DNA of 64,000 nt from Priapulus caudatus (Eukaryota): NCBI RefSeq assembly GCF_000485595.1, contig NW_014577069.1, forward strand, positions 491,484 through 555,483. Reading direction: 5' to 3'. The number at the start of each line of letters is the position of its first letter. The stretch's first letter is position 1. Of the stretch, positions 1 through 13,404 are shown in pieces. A program made the translations under genes and the position numbers. The notes beneath the pieces were generated by a model, which saw nothing but the letters and a program-made list of their open reading frames with translations, made no database searches and had not been told where the DNA came from.

Positions 1-44
1 CCGGGCACACCCGCCCACCGCCGCCCACCGTGGGCAGAACCCTG
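1..44. mobile_element. Terminus of a hAT-like element inside a DCAF4 intron (runs off the window)
   Basis: The reverse complement reads CAGGGTTCTGCCCACGGTGGGCGG with short subterminal cccaccg repeats. Only one end is visible. Confidence 0.3.
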
Positions 45-115
45 GGTGGTTATCCAGAGTTGTGTAGATGGGGCATCATGGTTTGGCTTGGTGCAGCTGG
101 TTGAATCATCCTCAC

Positions 116-1302
116 CTTAGCTGGCACACTGGCCTCTCAAGTTCCCTAGTGTCAACACAGAAGACCCGACCATCCTTCAAGCCAGAGTATAGCAGGTTCC
201 CATTCTGAAGACAAGAAACTAACATTTACGAAGTTCATACGATTTCTGATTATTCTAACACCGGGTAGCTTTTTTAAAAACTTATTTTCCTTTTCTCATA
301 CTTATCTAATATGGTTTTCAGGCATCACACACAGCAATCCTAATACGAGACCAAATATTAGCCTTCCACTCGGTTTAATTCATATCCAATACTCTCTCCA
401 CCTGTACACGACTAGAACATATACCTCGTTAAACAACTGTGAGTGTACGGAACGTCCTCTCAACGCTTGTATGCCCTGCTTAGCATTGCTCGTCACATCA
501 TACAGTATCACGGGCAGCTTCATCACCGCCTCCCACGCGGCCGACACCAGGGGCTGTCGATCCCTCCACACTCCCACCAGCGACTGCAGATGCCTCATCT
601 TCGTAACGGACGCGCGCCACTCGGGGACGCTATTCAGCGCAAAGTCTCTCAGTGTGAGCGTGGTGCCCCTCGCCTTGTCGCACGTCCACGCGTACAGCAC
701 AAAGCTCGGCTCGTCGGCGCGCTCGCCCAGCCGCAGGAACTGCAGCCTGCTCAGCATCATGCCGCTCAGCCAGGCGGCGACCTCGCGGCCGCGCATGCCG
801 CCGGTCGGCCGCAGCCAGCGGTCGGGCGACAGGTCGTAGTGCGAGAACCACAGTGGCCGGTTGTAGGCTACCGCGAGCCGCTTGCTTGCCGCGCTGCACG
901 CGATGTCGTGGATCTCCGTGTGGCCCTGAAACGCGTCGACGGCGGCCGTCGCGAGGGATGCCTGCACGTAGGTGGATGGGTTCAGCATGGCTAAGTGAGA
1001 GGCGCGAGTCAGCGACCTGTACACGTCGCATCTGTAGGCGCCGAGCTGGTTATTGCTGGTTAGGGTCACCACGTTGCAGCCCTTCGCCAAGGCTCTTGTT
1101 CTGCGCACGCCCGCAATGCCACGGAGGCCGGCCTCGCGTGCCATCCCACCCCGGGGTCTCCATTCGCTCACGGCCTCCTGTCGCTTCTTCTCCCGCTGTT
1201 TCTCTAACACCCGCTGAGACGTGAAAGGATTTACGTTGTTGTGCCCTGGTAGCATGCGGTAGTATCGTTTCTTTTCTGGGTCATAGTAAAATCCAGGTAT
1301 GT
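116..1302 (-). CDS. DCAF4: DDB1- and CUL4-associated factor 4 (WDR21)-like, partial: two internal exons
   Basis: Exon 1302-425 (acceptor ttgcag, donor GAG|gtat) encodes DIPGFYYDPEKKRYYRMLPGHNNVNPFT, matching the conserved DCAF4 N-terminal motif PGFYFDPEKKRYFRLLPGHNNCNP. Exon 204-116 (acceptor cttcag, donor AAG|gtgagg) continues in frame with NGNLLYSGLKDGRVFCVDTR, a WD-like segment. The first exon and the 3' exons were not found in the window. Confidence 0.8.
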
Positions 1303-1897
1303 CTGCAACCAAATTGCAAATTATCACACACAGTCACGAATACCAGTACTACGATTACTATTGTTGCACAGCATGAATATAAACCAGTTTAGTTACTGCT
1401 ACAATAAGTTTTACATGTAGAAAACAGATAAGATTATGTAACGCAGCAGAGTGCTGTAGCTCGGTATGCTCTAGTGGTGGAGTATATGCTACCCAGGGCC
1501 TAGCTCCAAGAAACGGTATTGCTAGGGTTAGAATACCGTATAGACAATCCGTCGCACAGCCTGGTCGGGCTACCCAGGGCCATAAGTAGTAGGCAGGGGG
1601 TGAAGGGTGGGCGATTTGCCTCCCACCTCCAGACCGTATTAATTGGCAGTGCCAATGGAGAACTGCCCATGGTCAACTTTCCAAAACGCAAACCGTGGCA
1701 TGGTCCCACCAGGCAAAATCAGTAAGTGGTTTCGTATCTAGTAGGTCTACACCACACTTTTATCATTGGTGTAAATAAGTTTGGTTTACATCGGCAATTG
1801 CGCAACGAGTTACAATGCTGAATCTGGATGTGGACGTTTATTAACACGTGCTCCCACTCTCTCAACTAAATAGCTGTGTGATTAGCACTGGCGTATC

Positions 1898-2007
1898 TAT
1901 AGCTCTAGTACTATAGCCCGCTTACATTAACTGCCGCTGGCATCCACACGCATTAACCCGCTGGCCAGCGGCAGTTAATGTAAGCGGGCTATAGTACTAG
2001 AGCTATG
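1898..2007. mobile_element. 110-bp P-superfamily-like foldback MITE or deletion derivative
   Basis: 44-bp inverted arms (1898-1941 and 1964-2007) around a 22-bp spacer, flanked by the 7-bp direct repeat GCGTATC (1891-1897, 2008-2014). The right terminus reads CATAG on the reverse strand. Confidence 0.75.
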
Positions 2008-2261
2008 GCGTATCCAGAACGTGATGACCAGATGTATGACGATGTTGACCACCTTAAATCCATTTGCAAAGGGAGGTCCTTGTGGAGCAACAGAAGCAGG
2101 AGGGCATTCACTCTTACGTTACCCCCAGGGCGTCAAGTGACAAGTGACGCTCAAAAAATAGGAAAATAGGAATTTAAGATGTGAAAAAATAGGAGGAAAA
2201 TAGGAATTTTGGTGAGAAGATATATGTTAAATAGGAATATTTGTTGCGTTAGATGGCCTCC

Positions 2262-3032
2262 NNNNNNNNNNNNNNNNNNNNNNNNNNNNNNNNNNNNNNN
2301 NNNNNNNNNNNNNNNNNNNNNNNNNNNNNNNNNNNNNNNNNNNNNNNNNNNNNNNNNNNNNNNNNNNNNNNNNNNNNNNNNNNNNNNNNNNNNNNNNNNN
2401 NNNNNNNNNNNNNNNNNNNNNNNNNNNNNNNNNNNNNNNNNNNNNNNNNNNNNNNNNNNNNNNNNNNNNNNNNNNNNNNNNNNNNNNNNNNNNNNNNNNN
2501 NNNNNNNNNNNNNNNNNNNNNNNNNNNNNNNNNNNNNNNNNNNNNNNNNNNNNNNNNNNNNNNNNNNNNNNNNNNNNNNNNNNNNNNNNNNNNNNNNNNN
2601 NNNNNNNNNNNNNNNNNNNNNNNNNNNNNNNNNNNNNNNNNNNNNNNNNNNNNNNNNNNNNNNNNNNNNNNNNNNNNNNNNNNNNNNNNNNNNNNNNNNN
2701 NNNNNNNNNNNNNNNNNNNNNNNNNNNNNNNNNNNNNNNNNNNNNNNNNNNNNNNNNNNNNNNNNNNNNNNNNNNNNNNNNNNNNNNNNNNNNNNNNNNN
2801 NNNNNNNNNNNNNNNNNNNNNNNNNNNNNNNNNNNNNNNNNNNNNNNNNNNNNNNNNNNNNNNNNNNNNNNNNNNNNNNNNNNNNNNNNNNNNNNNNNNN
2901 NNNNNNNNNNNNNNNNNNNNNNNNNNNNNNNNNNNNNNNNNNNNNNNNNNNNNNNNNNNNNNNNNNNNNNNNNNNNNNNNNNNNNNNNNNNNNNNNNNNN
3001 NNNNNNNNNNNNNNNNNNNNNNNNNNNNNNNN
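2262..3032. other. Assembly gap
   Basis: N run. Confidence 1.
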
Positions 3033-3573
3033 GGTGTAGTTGTATCAATTTTTAACATGCATCTCGTCCCCTCTCAAAATATGTTTCGCCATGTGATGTA
3101 ATCTCCAAATATTATATTAATAAAACCATTTTGTGTGGATCGGGATGCTGTAGGGTTTTTGCTACTACTACTACTACTACTACTACTACAGTAGTGTACT
3201 CAATATCGTGCCATAGTTGGTCCAACAACATTCAGCCAACCACTTATCAACCATGACCATGCCAGCAAAATGCCAATGTTGGTCCATTGGCTGCATGCTA
3301 TCTGGATAGTATAGCCATATGTGCGTGGCTCTACTGGTGTAGCCTCTTCGCTCCTGCTACAGAGCTATACTGCAGCCTATGACAGAAATTGCAGACGAAT
3401 GTTTACACCGTGGCCGTCAACACTGCATGTTGTCTGTGCTATGCACAAAAATCACCCTAGCCTGCAACATAAACTTGTATTCTTTAGACAGCCAGCCAAT
3501 AATTCACATTTAAATCACCATAACAAGACTAAATTGGCCCCTTTTTAATGCTAAAACCGTATGTAGGTAGCAT

Positions 3574-4388
3574 CAGGAGTTAATAATGACAAAGGAGTAA
3601 GACACCTCTTTGGTACTGATTTCACTACATTTTTGTCGTACGAGTTCGATGTGAATAAAAATACAAATGTATACAAATATACAAATATATAGCCTTGCGG
3701 CAATGCCAAGCTGTAAATTCGCACACACAGGCTGACACAACTACTTAAAGGAGGCACGGCAGGGATCGCCTCAGGCAGCGCCAGCAGCAACTGTACGCGG
3801 GCTATAGTTACTAGAGCTAACGGTTGCTATGCAAAACACGTGTGCGAAAAGCTACAATCGGCTGGCGCGTCAGTTTACTCATAACGATTCATACAACTCA
3901 TTCCTCCGCGGGTAAAGTAGTTCAGATATTTTACCAGCGCAGCGTTTATTTAAAAAAACTGCGGGATTCAACCATAAAAACAAGGCATTCTAACTATAGT
4001 TTAAATGTAAAATAGTTTTGATTTTTAAACCCAGCATGGGTGCAACGTAACTTAATTTCTAGGCACATTTTCTGCACTCGACTAGGCTACGGCCAAAAAG
4101 CCCTGGCGCGCCTCCTTCAAGTAGCTGTGTGTACGAATTTACAGCTTGGCATCGCCGCAGGGCGGTAAATTACGTGAAAACCATGTCGTGCAAAAGTACG
4201 ATTTATGTCAAAACTAAGGAAGCTACGCGGTTTGTAATACTACCGGAAGATAGAATAAGGACCAGTGAACAAAAGAAGCTCATGTTTGTATACATTTGTA
4301 TTTTTATTCACATCGAACTCGTACGACAAAAATGTAGTGAAATCAGTACCAAAAAGGTGTCTTACTCCTTTGTCATTATTAACTCCTG
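3574..4388. mobile_element. 815-bp non-autonomous DNA transposon (P-like, 7-bp TSD)
   Basis: TIRs of about 105 bp (CAGGAGTTAATAATGACAAAGGAGTAAGAC... and its reverse complement ending at 4388). TSD GTAGCAT at 3567-3573 and 4389-4395. Confidence 0.8.
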
Positions 4389-4522
4389 GTAGCATGTAGG
4401 CTACACGGGAGATCGATCGGGAACATCGGGGAGATCGGGACAATCGATATGCGGCAAATTGTAACTTTTTGCTACAACATACAGTTGCCGAGAGTTGAGT
4501 GTAAACTACTAGTAAGCCTGTA

Positions 4523-4940
4523 CCGTAGTATTTGGACGCTCGCCCGAAACTGGACGCTCCTAAGTGCGCATGCGCGCATGCTCTTTTGTTTTTTTCTTGT
4601 TTTCTTTCTGTTTGAATCTTGTTTTGCAGGGCCATAGGAAATAGTAGCCATGCTCTTTTGTTTCGCCTTGTAACCTGACACACATATAACAGTTAACACA
4701 GTCTTACTATTTTACTACATTGCAAACTGTTTCAACATTTGCGACCTCCCTCAAATTGTTTCAATCAAATGTTTCCATGAGTGACCGGGTTGGCCGCCAT
4801 GTTTGTTTATTGCGACCGTTTTCGATGGTCGAGATGCGCAGATGACTATACTGCGCATGCGCACCTTGCAAAACAAGAGGCGCCTGCGCGCATGCGCACT
4901 TAGGAGCGTCCAGTTTCAGGCGAGCGTCCAAATACTACGG
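4523..4940. mobile_element. 418-bp Tc1/mariner(pogo)-like MITE
   Basis: TIRs of about 56 bp, CCGTAGTATTTGGACGCTCGCC...TGCGCGCA, with the inverted copy at 4885-4940. TA on both flanks (4521-4522, 4941-4942). Confidence 0.75.
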
Positions 4941-5627
4941 TACAGACCTACTATACTACATATTACTAGTACCTACTAGTAGTACTAGTAGTAGGCCCTA
5001 CTACTACTAGTACTACTAGTAGGCCCTACTACTACTATACAGCTCTGCTACTGCGACACGTCACTGCTTCATGCCACGTACTGTGACGTAGTGAGAAACG
5101 AGAAAGTAACTTGTGGGTCAAGATTTATGTCTGGACTTTTATCATATATCTTCTATCGTTCTATCGTTTATCAGTTTTAGACGTAGAGTGATGACATGTT
5201 AAAATCCCACCTGCCATGACTCACTGACTGCACCTTGCAAGACCTTTTTGAGTGATTTCAACACTGACAACAGTTATATTCAATAAAGTAAAAGTCATTT
5301 GTCGGTGGCTGTGATTTATTTAGTGGCGCATTTCTTTGTAAAACTAAAGATTATCAAACGCCTGGAATGCAGCACCATCGGTTAAAAGCACACTTTCATA
5401 CAGAAAGACACATTCATGCAGATAAACAGCACTACAGTAAATCAGTGCAGCATGAGCGCAACACCGGATGTTTTGCCAGTTCGTAGTTAGAGTCTGCGCA
5501 TGCGCGAACTGTGCCACGAATTCTTCCGGGTCAGGTCATTTGTGACAAAATATTTCGTATTTCGACCGCACGCCACAGTACACATACGCATGCATCTGTG
5601 TCGTTGTAAATGCTACAGTCTTCGATT

Positions 5628-6015
5628 GTGTACACGTACACGTGCGTGCGTGCGTGCGCGCGTGCGTCCATGCGTGTGCAGTGCACGTACACGTACGTTC
5701 GTGCGTTCGTGCGTGCGTGCGTGGGTGTGCACGTACACGTGCGTGCGTGTGTGCGTACACCTGCATGCGTGCGTGTGTGCGTACACCTGCGTGCGTGCGT
5801 GTGCACGTGTGCGTGCGTGCGTGTGCACGTACACCTGCGTCTGGGCCCCTGCGTGCATGCATGTGCACGTACACGTGCGTGCGTGCGTGTGCACGTGTGC
5901 GTGCGTGTGTGTGCAAGTAGGCCTACACGTGCGTGCGTGTGCACGTAGGCCTACATGTACGTGCGTGCGTGCGTGCGTGTTTACGTGCACATGCGTGCGT
6001 GCATGTGCACGTACA
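5628..6015. repeat. Compound (GCGT)n/(GT)n purine-pyrimidine microsatellite
   Basis: Direct inspection. It explains the spurious CV/HT-rich ORFs. Confidence 0.9.
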
Positions 6016-6400
6016 CAGAATACAATCATGTACATATACGTACTGAACCGAGAGCGCATACACGCCGCACTCGAGATTTCATGGATTTTTGTCAGAAATA
6101 ACCACCAGACTGGCTTATACATCCGCCTGCGCGTTGGTTTATGGGCCTGTGAACCTTTTATGCTGCAATTTTTAACTGCAATTTGCACCATAAAACACCA
6201 GGAGTGAGTAATGACATAGACCACAATGTCTAGACTATACTATCTAGATTAGACTAAGATGGTGGGGATGGGAATGAGTACCATATGGTGAGAAATCATT
6301 TGACATTGGCGGGCATACTTACGAAAAAAATCCCATAAATCAGCAGGTTTTTTTTGAATTCTTTTCCATCCTTTGAAACAGGTTTTTCCATCCTTTGAAA

Positions 6401-7389
6401 NNNNNNNNNNNNNNNNNNNNNNNNNNNNNNNNNNNNNNNNNNNNNNNNNNNNNNNNNNNNNNNNNNNNNNNNNNNNNNNNNNNNNNNNNNNNNNNNNNNN
6501 NNNNNNNNNNNNNNNNNNNNNNNNNNNNNNNNNNNNNNNNNNNNNNNNNNNNNNNNNNNNNNNNNNNNNNNNNNNNNNNNNNNNNNNNNNNNNNNNNNNN
6601 NNNNNNNNNNNNNNNNNNNNNNNNNNNNNNNNNNNNNNNNNNNNNNNNNNNNNNNNNNNNNNNNNNNNNNNNNNNNNNNNNNNNNNNNNNNNNNNNNNNN
6701 NNNNNNNNNNNNNNNNNNNNNNNNNNNNNNNNNNNNNNNNNNNNNNNNNNNNNNNNNNNNNNNNNNNNNNNNNNNNNNNNNNNNNNNNNNNNNNNNNNNN
6801 NNNNNNNNNNNNNNNNNNNNNNNNNNNNNNNNNNNNNNNNNNNNNNNNNNNNNNNNNNNNNNNNNNNNNNNNNNNNNNNNNNNNNNNNNNNNNNNNNNNN
6901 NNNNNNNNNNNNNNNNNNNNNNNNNNNNNNNNNNNNNNNNNNNNNNNNNNNNNNNNNNNNNNNNNNNNNNNNNNNNNNNNNNNNNNNNNNNNNNNNNNNN
7001 NNNNNNNNNNNNNNNNNNNNNNNNNNNNNNNNNNNNNNNNNNNNNNNNNNNNNNNNNNNNNNNNNNNNNNNNNNNNNNNNNNNNNNNNNNNNNNNNNNNN
7101 NNNNNNNNNNNNNNNNNNNNNNNNNNNNNNNNNNNNNNNNNNNNNNNNNNNNNNNNNNNNNNNNNNNNNNNNNNNNNNNNNNNNNNNNNNNNNNNNNNNN
7201 NNNNNNNNNNNNNNNNNNNNNNNNNNNNNNNNNNNNNNNNNNNNNNNNNNNNNNNNNNNNNNNNNNNNNNNNNNNNNNNNNNNNNNNNNNNNNNNNNNNN
7301 NNNNNNNNNNNNNNNNNNNNNNNNNNNNNNNNNNNNNNNNNNNNNNNNNNNNNNNNNNNNNNNNNNNNNNNNNNNNNNNNNNNNNNNNN
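6401..7389. other. Assembly gap, followed by (GATA)n at 7390-7443
   Basis: N run. Confidence 1.
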
Positions 7390-7393
7390 ATAG

Positions 7394-7424
<31 letters not shown>

Positions 7425-8689
7425 GATAGACAGATAGATAGATTTTGCGGTATTTTCCTTACCAACTGAGCACTTTTTCCCCTGCTCACTTATAGAATTG
7501 CGCTCTTTGTTTCTTCCCAACAAATTTTCTTTTCAGTTGCATGAAATATTTAACTTCAACTGTGTCACTTACATGAAGTTTATATTTTAAGGCACGATTT
7601 GGTCGTTGTACGGGTATTAGTCTGCTAGTATATATATAATACGCCGCATTATTGCCCCCCATTTTTCGTTTTTCTTGGTATTTTTTGCCCCCCATTTTTT
7701 CCCAGCCATCTTTGTGCCCCCAATTTTTCCCTTGCCGGCATCTTTCACCGTCGAGCCATATCTTTTTACCCCATGTTTTCATTGGCGAGCCATCTTTTTG
7801 CCTCATCATGTTTTCACTATCGAGCTACATTTTTGACCCATGTTTTCACTGCCAAGCCTTCTTTTTGCCCTCAATTGTCCCATTTAAGTGGAGCACCCCT
7901 ACCCCAAAAAAGTGAGTAGGGAGCCTACCCTTCCCCCCGGCTGAATCCACGTCGCAAGTGACACCAAGTGTAATTGTTAACTTTCTGTAAACAATTAAGC
8001 TTTTCCCGGCACGCAAGGCAAGCACTTCCCAGCCGCCCAGGGGCGTAGCCGTGTGTGTGTGTAAGTGAAGGGGGGGGGGGTACGACCCCCGCGGGATCGG
8101 GAGTTCCGCTTAAATGTATAGAATTTCTTTTAACCCTATTTCGAATTCCAAATACCGGTGGTGCATGGTTAAGACAAATTACCAAAATTAACAACAATGC
8201 AAAAATTTTCTGGGAGAGGACTCGGCCCTAATTAGGTCCTTTGCGCTTAATAAGAAGCTTGTATAATAAGGCATATTGCCTCCGCAAATTGTTCACCGTT
8301 GCACTATTTGGTCTCTAGAAATAAAGGCCTTTTTTGGCATTTTTTCCAGTGAAATTCGGCACTATAGAGTGCAATAATTTGCATTGTGCACGCAAGTTAG
8401 ATGCCTCGTGGACGTCTAGAAAGCATTAGAAGTAAAATGGATCTTGTTGTGCAGTTTTGACATTCCGTCAAGTGGCGTAGCCATGATGACCGGTTGACCA
8501 ATTTTGTGTTTAAAACGTGATTCGACTACTCTGTAAAAATTCGCATCATCGAGCTTGCAAAAGTTTCGAGCGGAGCATATAGAGCATAAATCTGTAGTTA
8601 TTTAACATGAATAAAGTGTATGTTGTGTATGCGACGAAACAGTGTGAATATTTTTAATTAATTCGAACATGTTAATTCCCAAAACTTAG

Positions 8690-11600
8690 TTTGGATTTGT
8701 TCACATTGTGGTCTTCCTAATCTTTCTGATATCTTTCTGTTTTTTTGATATTGATGATTTGTCGCAGCCAAATTCCTTTTCCCCCTTCAAGCCTCTACTT
8801 CTTTTCAAGATGACGGTGCTCAACTTCGAATTCCCTCTCAATGCACTGCTAAGAATTATTGACCTAGGAATAAATTGAAATTCCTTTGGGGTAACTTCAA
8901 TAGCATCAAAGGTGATTCTAATCCTGCATTCCTTAACCTAATAAACGATCACTTGCCAGATATTGTTCTTGGCACTGAATCTAAACTGGACTCCTGCATC
9001 CCTGCATTTTGGATTCCTGCATCCCCTGCATCCAGTGAGGTGTTTCCCGCTAACTTTAATATTAAAAAGAAAGATCGAAACTGTCATGGTGGTGGTGTCT
9101 TTATTGCTGTTAAGAAGTCAATTTCTATATCTTTAGTTACTTCATTTGGTGAAAAAGGAGCTGAATTCACTTAGGTGAAGCTAAATATTAAGAATTACAA
9201 GCCCTTATATTCTATGGTTGGATACAGGCGGCCCCCTCTTGATCAATTCACAGGAATTGCTAATTCTGTGAATGCCTTCTTCTCTCGTCATGAGTCTTAT
9301 CCACCTACACTTATTTGTGGTGACTTCAATTTGCCTGGAATTGATTGGCAGTCCTATTCAGTGACTGGCCAACGAGATACTCATATTTTATGTAGTCAAC
9401 TGCTCGATTTGTGTGCTAATCATTCCTTGACTCAACTTGTTACTCAGCCTACTCGATGTACGGAATCTTGTAGCAACATTCTTGATTTATTTTTTACTAA
9501 TTTTCTTAATTTGGTTTCATCTATATCTGTGGTCCCTGGTATTAGTGACCATGATTGTGTCATCTTTAATCTAGATCTTTCTCCAGTCAAATCAGCTAAC
9601 TTAGGAACTCGTGAGGTTCTTCATTTTGATAAGGCTGACAAAGAGGCATTTTCGAATCATTTTACTGAGTTTAATGCCTCATACTTTTCCAGTAATTCGT
9701 CAAAGAGATCCCTTGAATCTAATTGGTTGCTAATAAAACAGGCCATCACCGCAGGTGTAAATTCTTATGACCCTCGTAAGAATATTCGTAATAAGGCTTC
9801 AGTTCCTTGGTTGTCATCTTCCTTAAAGAAATCTATGAGGAAGAGGGATCGCTTGTTTCGAAAGGCCAGCGAGGCATTCTAAAACGCCTGTTAGTTGGTC
9901 TAGATGTCGCAATCAAAGAAATGTTGTTTCCCAATATAATCGTAAACTCCATCGAAATTTTCTAAATGGTATTGTTTGTGATAAACTTGCTGATGGAGAC
10001 GCTAAACCATTTTGGAGATTTATGAAGTGTAAAAACGGGAAACTGGTATCACATCTGTTCTCCGTAGTGATGGTATTTCCTGTGATCCCACTGCATTCAA
10101 AGCTTGTTTGTTAAGTGATCAATTCAAGTCGGTTTTCTCTACTTCTTGTGTAACACCTATTTCAAGTTTAAACTATAAGTTACCCCTGATGAGCAAAATT
10201 GTCATCTCCCTAAGTGGCGTGTGCTCGGTACTTGAGAATATATTCCCGCATAAGGCTGCTGGTCCTGATAAGGTTCCTGGTTTTATTTTGCATCATTTTG
10301 CGCATCATCTTGGGCCTTCTTTACACAATTTGTTTTGTCAATCTTATGATCTAGGTTCTATTCTTTTCGATTGGAAAAAGGCTCTCATTACCCCAGTTTA
10401 TAAAGGTGGTGGATCTTTCCTAATTCCTTCAAATTATCGCCCGATATCTTTGACTTCTCTTTGCTCTAATGCATTTGAGCATATAGTCTACTCCTCTGTT
10501 ATGAGCCATTTCGATATGCATAATATTCTGTCCCAGCATCAACATGGTTTTCGGCATGGTTTTTCTACTGTTACCAAGTTAATCAATGTTCTTCATGATT
10601 GGATATTAAGTCTTGATAAGACTCAACAGGTTGATGCAGTATTTCTAGATGTCAGTAAGGCCTTTAATAGGGTTCTTCATGATCTCCTAATTTTTTAAAC
10701 TTGGTCACTTGGGTTTGGATACTACTACGTCAAACTGGATTTCTGACCTTTTAAAGGATATAGATCTCAAATTGTCTGTGCTAACGGCAGCATGTCAGAT
10801 GTGGCTGCTGTCACATCTGGTATACCCCAAGGTTCTGTGCTTGGTCCATTGTTGTTCTTATCTTTTATAAATGATTTATTGGCCGAAACTGACCCTTCTA
10901 CTTCTATTCGCCTCTTTGCTGACGACGCAGTTATGTACCGCACCATCTACAATTAGAGCAATCAGTTAGCCCTCCAGAGTGTCCTTACTCGTGCTAAGAA
11001 GTGGGCAACAACGTGGGGTATGTCGTTCAATGCTGAAAAGTGTAAAATTTGTCGGATCACCCGCTCCAAATCACCCTTGACTTAATTTGACTTACTTGCC
11101 GTACCATCTCTTACCCCTACTTACAAAATAATATTTGGGTGTTATTATTAGTAGCGATCTTCGCTGGAATTCCCACATTGATTATATTTGTAAGAAAGCG
11201 TCTCGTTCCTTTGGTATGTTACGGCGTAACCTTAGTTTTGCTGGTTCAAAAACTCGGTTTCTGATCTTTCAAACTATGGTTCTGTCTATATTAGAATATG
11301 CTTCGCCAGGCTGGTGGACCTATACACTCCAGAGCTTTAAATTGGATGCCATTCAGCATAACGCTGCGAGGTGGGTTTCCAAAAACTATCATGATAGTGT
11401 TGATGTTGTTTTGGCTCGTCTTGTTGGCCTCCTCTTCGTGTCCGCTTTCTCCATGCTAAACTCATAACTTTCCATAAAATTTATCATGGTCAGGTGAAGA
11501 TTGACATTCCCTGTCCGATGCACTCGATCATCTGAGCGTGATCATTGTTTTCGGCATGTGCCATCTTCTAAGGATCCTTTTAAGTTTAGCTTCTTTGTTT

Positions 11601-11750
11601 CTGTTATTCCGTATTGGAATTCTCTTCCTTCATCATTGGTAAATTGCAAAATTGCAACTTTTTCCACTGCAATCCGCAGTGTTGATCTATCGATTTGATC
11701 CACTTCTCTCTCCGTCTTCATTATAGTCCCTAGGACTTTTGAAGACTAAT
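8690..11750 (+). mobile_element. Decayed non-LTR retrotransposon (CR1/L2-group LINE) ORF2: PHD remnant, AP endonuclease, reverse transcriptase
   Basis: WICSHCGLPN (PHD-like tail, about 8690-8725). Endonuclease motifs DIVLGTESKL, GGGVFIAVK, GDFNLPGIDW, LDLFFTN and SDHD. RT motifs NYRPISLTS, QHGFR, DAVFLDVSKAF, PQGSVLGPLLF and FADD (10915-10926). Several stops (e.g. 9172-9174, 9880-9882) and frameshifts. Small 3' stem-loop agtcc-cta-ggact near 11726-11738. Confidence 0.93.
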
Positions 11751-13404
11751 ATTTATGAGGTTATGAGCTAGGTTAATTTCTGTTCGATGCTTATTCAGGC
11801 CTGCTGCCTATGGACGCTTTCTACTATTGTACACCACCTAAACGGCGCTAGCGCTGGCGGCGTTGCCGCCATTTTCTATAGTATAAAGTTCCACTGCTGT
11901 AGTAATACCCTCCATACACACTTTTATTAGCTGGCTACGCCTCTGCTGCCCCACCAGTGCTCCCCGGGCGAGCAACTTAGGCCTACATTGTCTTTTCAGC
12001 AAGGATTCTAAAGTTTCTGAAATTAACAATTGCAGTTCTAAAAAGTTCTAACCCTTTCTAATGAGAAATAAAAAATTCAAGTGCACGTATACACTAATAA
12101 ATCTCATTCCTGTCCCAGCGCTCATTGGCTGATTTCTCACCGTAATACCATAATAAATTTTTTATCATTATTCACCCCTAATAACATAATTATACAAACC
12201 TAATAAAGATTAGTCTTCATGTCCATGGAACTCATGTCGAAGACACAAAGAGAGATAAATTAAGTTGACTAAATAACCTCGTAACCACGTAAATATTAGT
12301 GTTCAAAGTCCAAGGGACTCTATCGAAGACGGACAGAGAATATTAACAGACAATAAAATAAAAAAATAAAAATTTAATTAAGGATTGCGACTCGTAATAA
12401 TGTATACGGAATACACAACGCTAGCTGTACAGTACGACAGTATAGCCAACTACGAGAAGAGAAGCTGGTTGGGCACGTGACCGGATATACGCGCCACAAC
12501 AGTGCATACCTAAGTTTAGGTGTAATTAAGCTTGAACAGTTAGCATGTTTAATTGGACGTGTCTTATTGAAATCAAGACAAAATCCTTGTAAAGATATTC
12601 AGTAGTTTTCTTGCGTTAGTATCTTGAACAGGTGTATCAATTTATTGATCACCAGCAGCATGATGTCGATTTTTCTGTGCGATATAAATCTCTACAACGT
12701 TTGCCATGTACCACTACGTGTTCGTGACCACAGGCACTTTGAACGTTACAATAATAACATGATGGTAAATAAACATGAAATATATTTACTACCAAAGTCT
12801 TACTGTTTCTCTGCTCTCTTTCGCTTATTATTACTGATAATTTCCTGTAGATGCCGTTCAAATGCTCCTCTGCAATACACAAGTACACCGCACGCACGCA
12901 CGCCGCTGTGTACAAACTACAAAATTACACAGTTTATTATAGATTTAAACTATAATTTTGGACCGGGGTAGAGAATGGAAGGATTAAAACCAGAAGTGTT
13001 ATGTACTGCAGTGAGAGAGATGGGGAGTAAGAGGAAGATGGCGCGGCGGCGCGCGAGAGAGAAGAGTAAGGAGCGAGTCGGCAAGAGAATGGGAGAGGTT
13101 GGGGGAGAGGGAAAGGTAGGCTGAGAGGGGACATTGGGGATCGAAGAAAATAAGAAAACTCTCACCTTCAACAGAGTTATGAACAAAGTTTTCTTATGGT
13201 AAACCCCCTTGATTATATCTGTTTTTATACTGCGCTTCTGCCTCCCCTCGTTAGCCTCTCCTTCTTCTTCCTCTTCCACTTGTCGATTCTCGCCTCTCTC
13301 TCTCTCTTCTCTCTCTCTCTTCTCTCTCTCTCTCTCTCTCGCTTCTTCTCTCTCTCTCTCTCTCTACTCTCTCTCTCTCTCTCTCCTCTCTCTTCTCTCT
13401 CTCT

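Noticed and set aside
443..1224. Plus-strand and alternative-frame ORFs overlapping DCAF4
   Set aside because: Shadow ORFs of a GC-rich exon; no recognisable motifs.
1440..1740. Possible SINE-like repeat upstream of the DCAF4 exon
   Set aside because: Only a vague resemblance; no A/B boxes, TSD or second copy in the window.
5500..6224. CV/HT-rich ORFs (also 13196-14305, 44495-44892, 48436-48877)
   Set aside because: Translations of microsatellites.
2209..7523. Long ORFs across N runs (also 37086-38038 and 51269-52281)
   Set aside because: They are open only because of assembly gaps.
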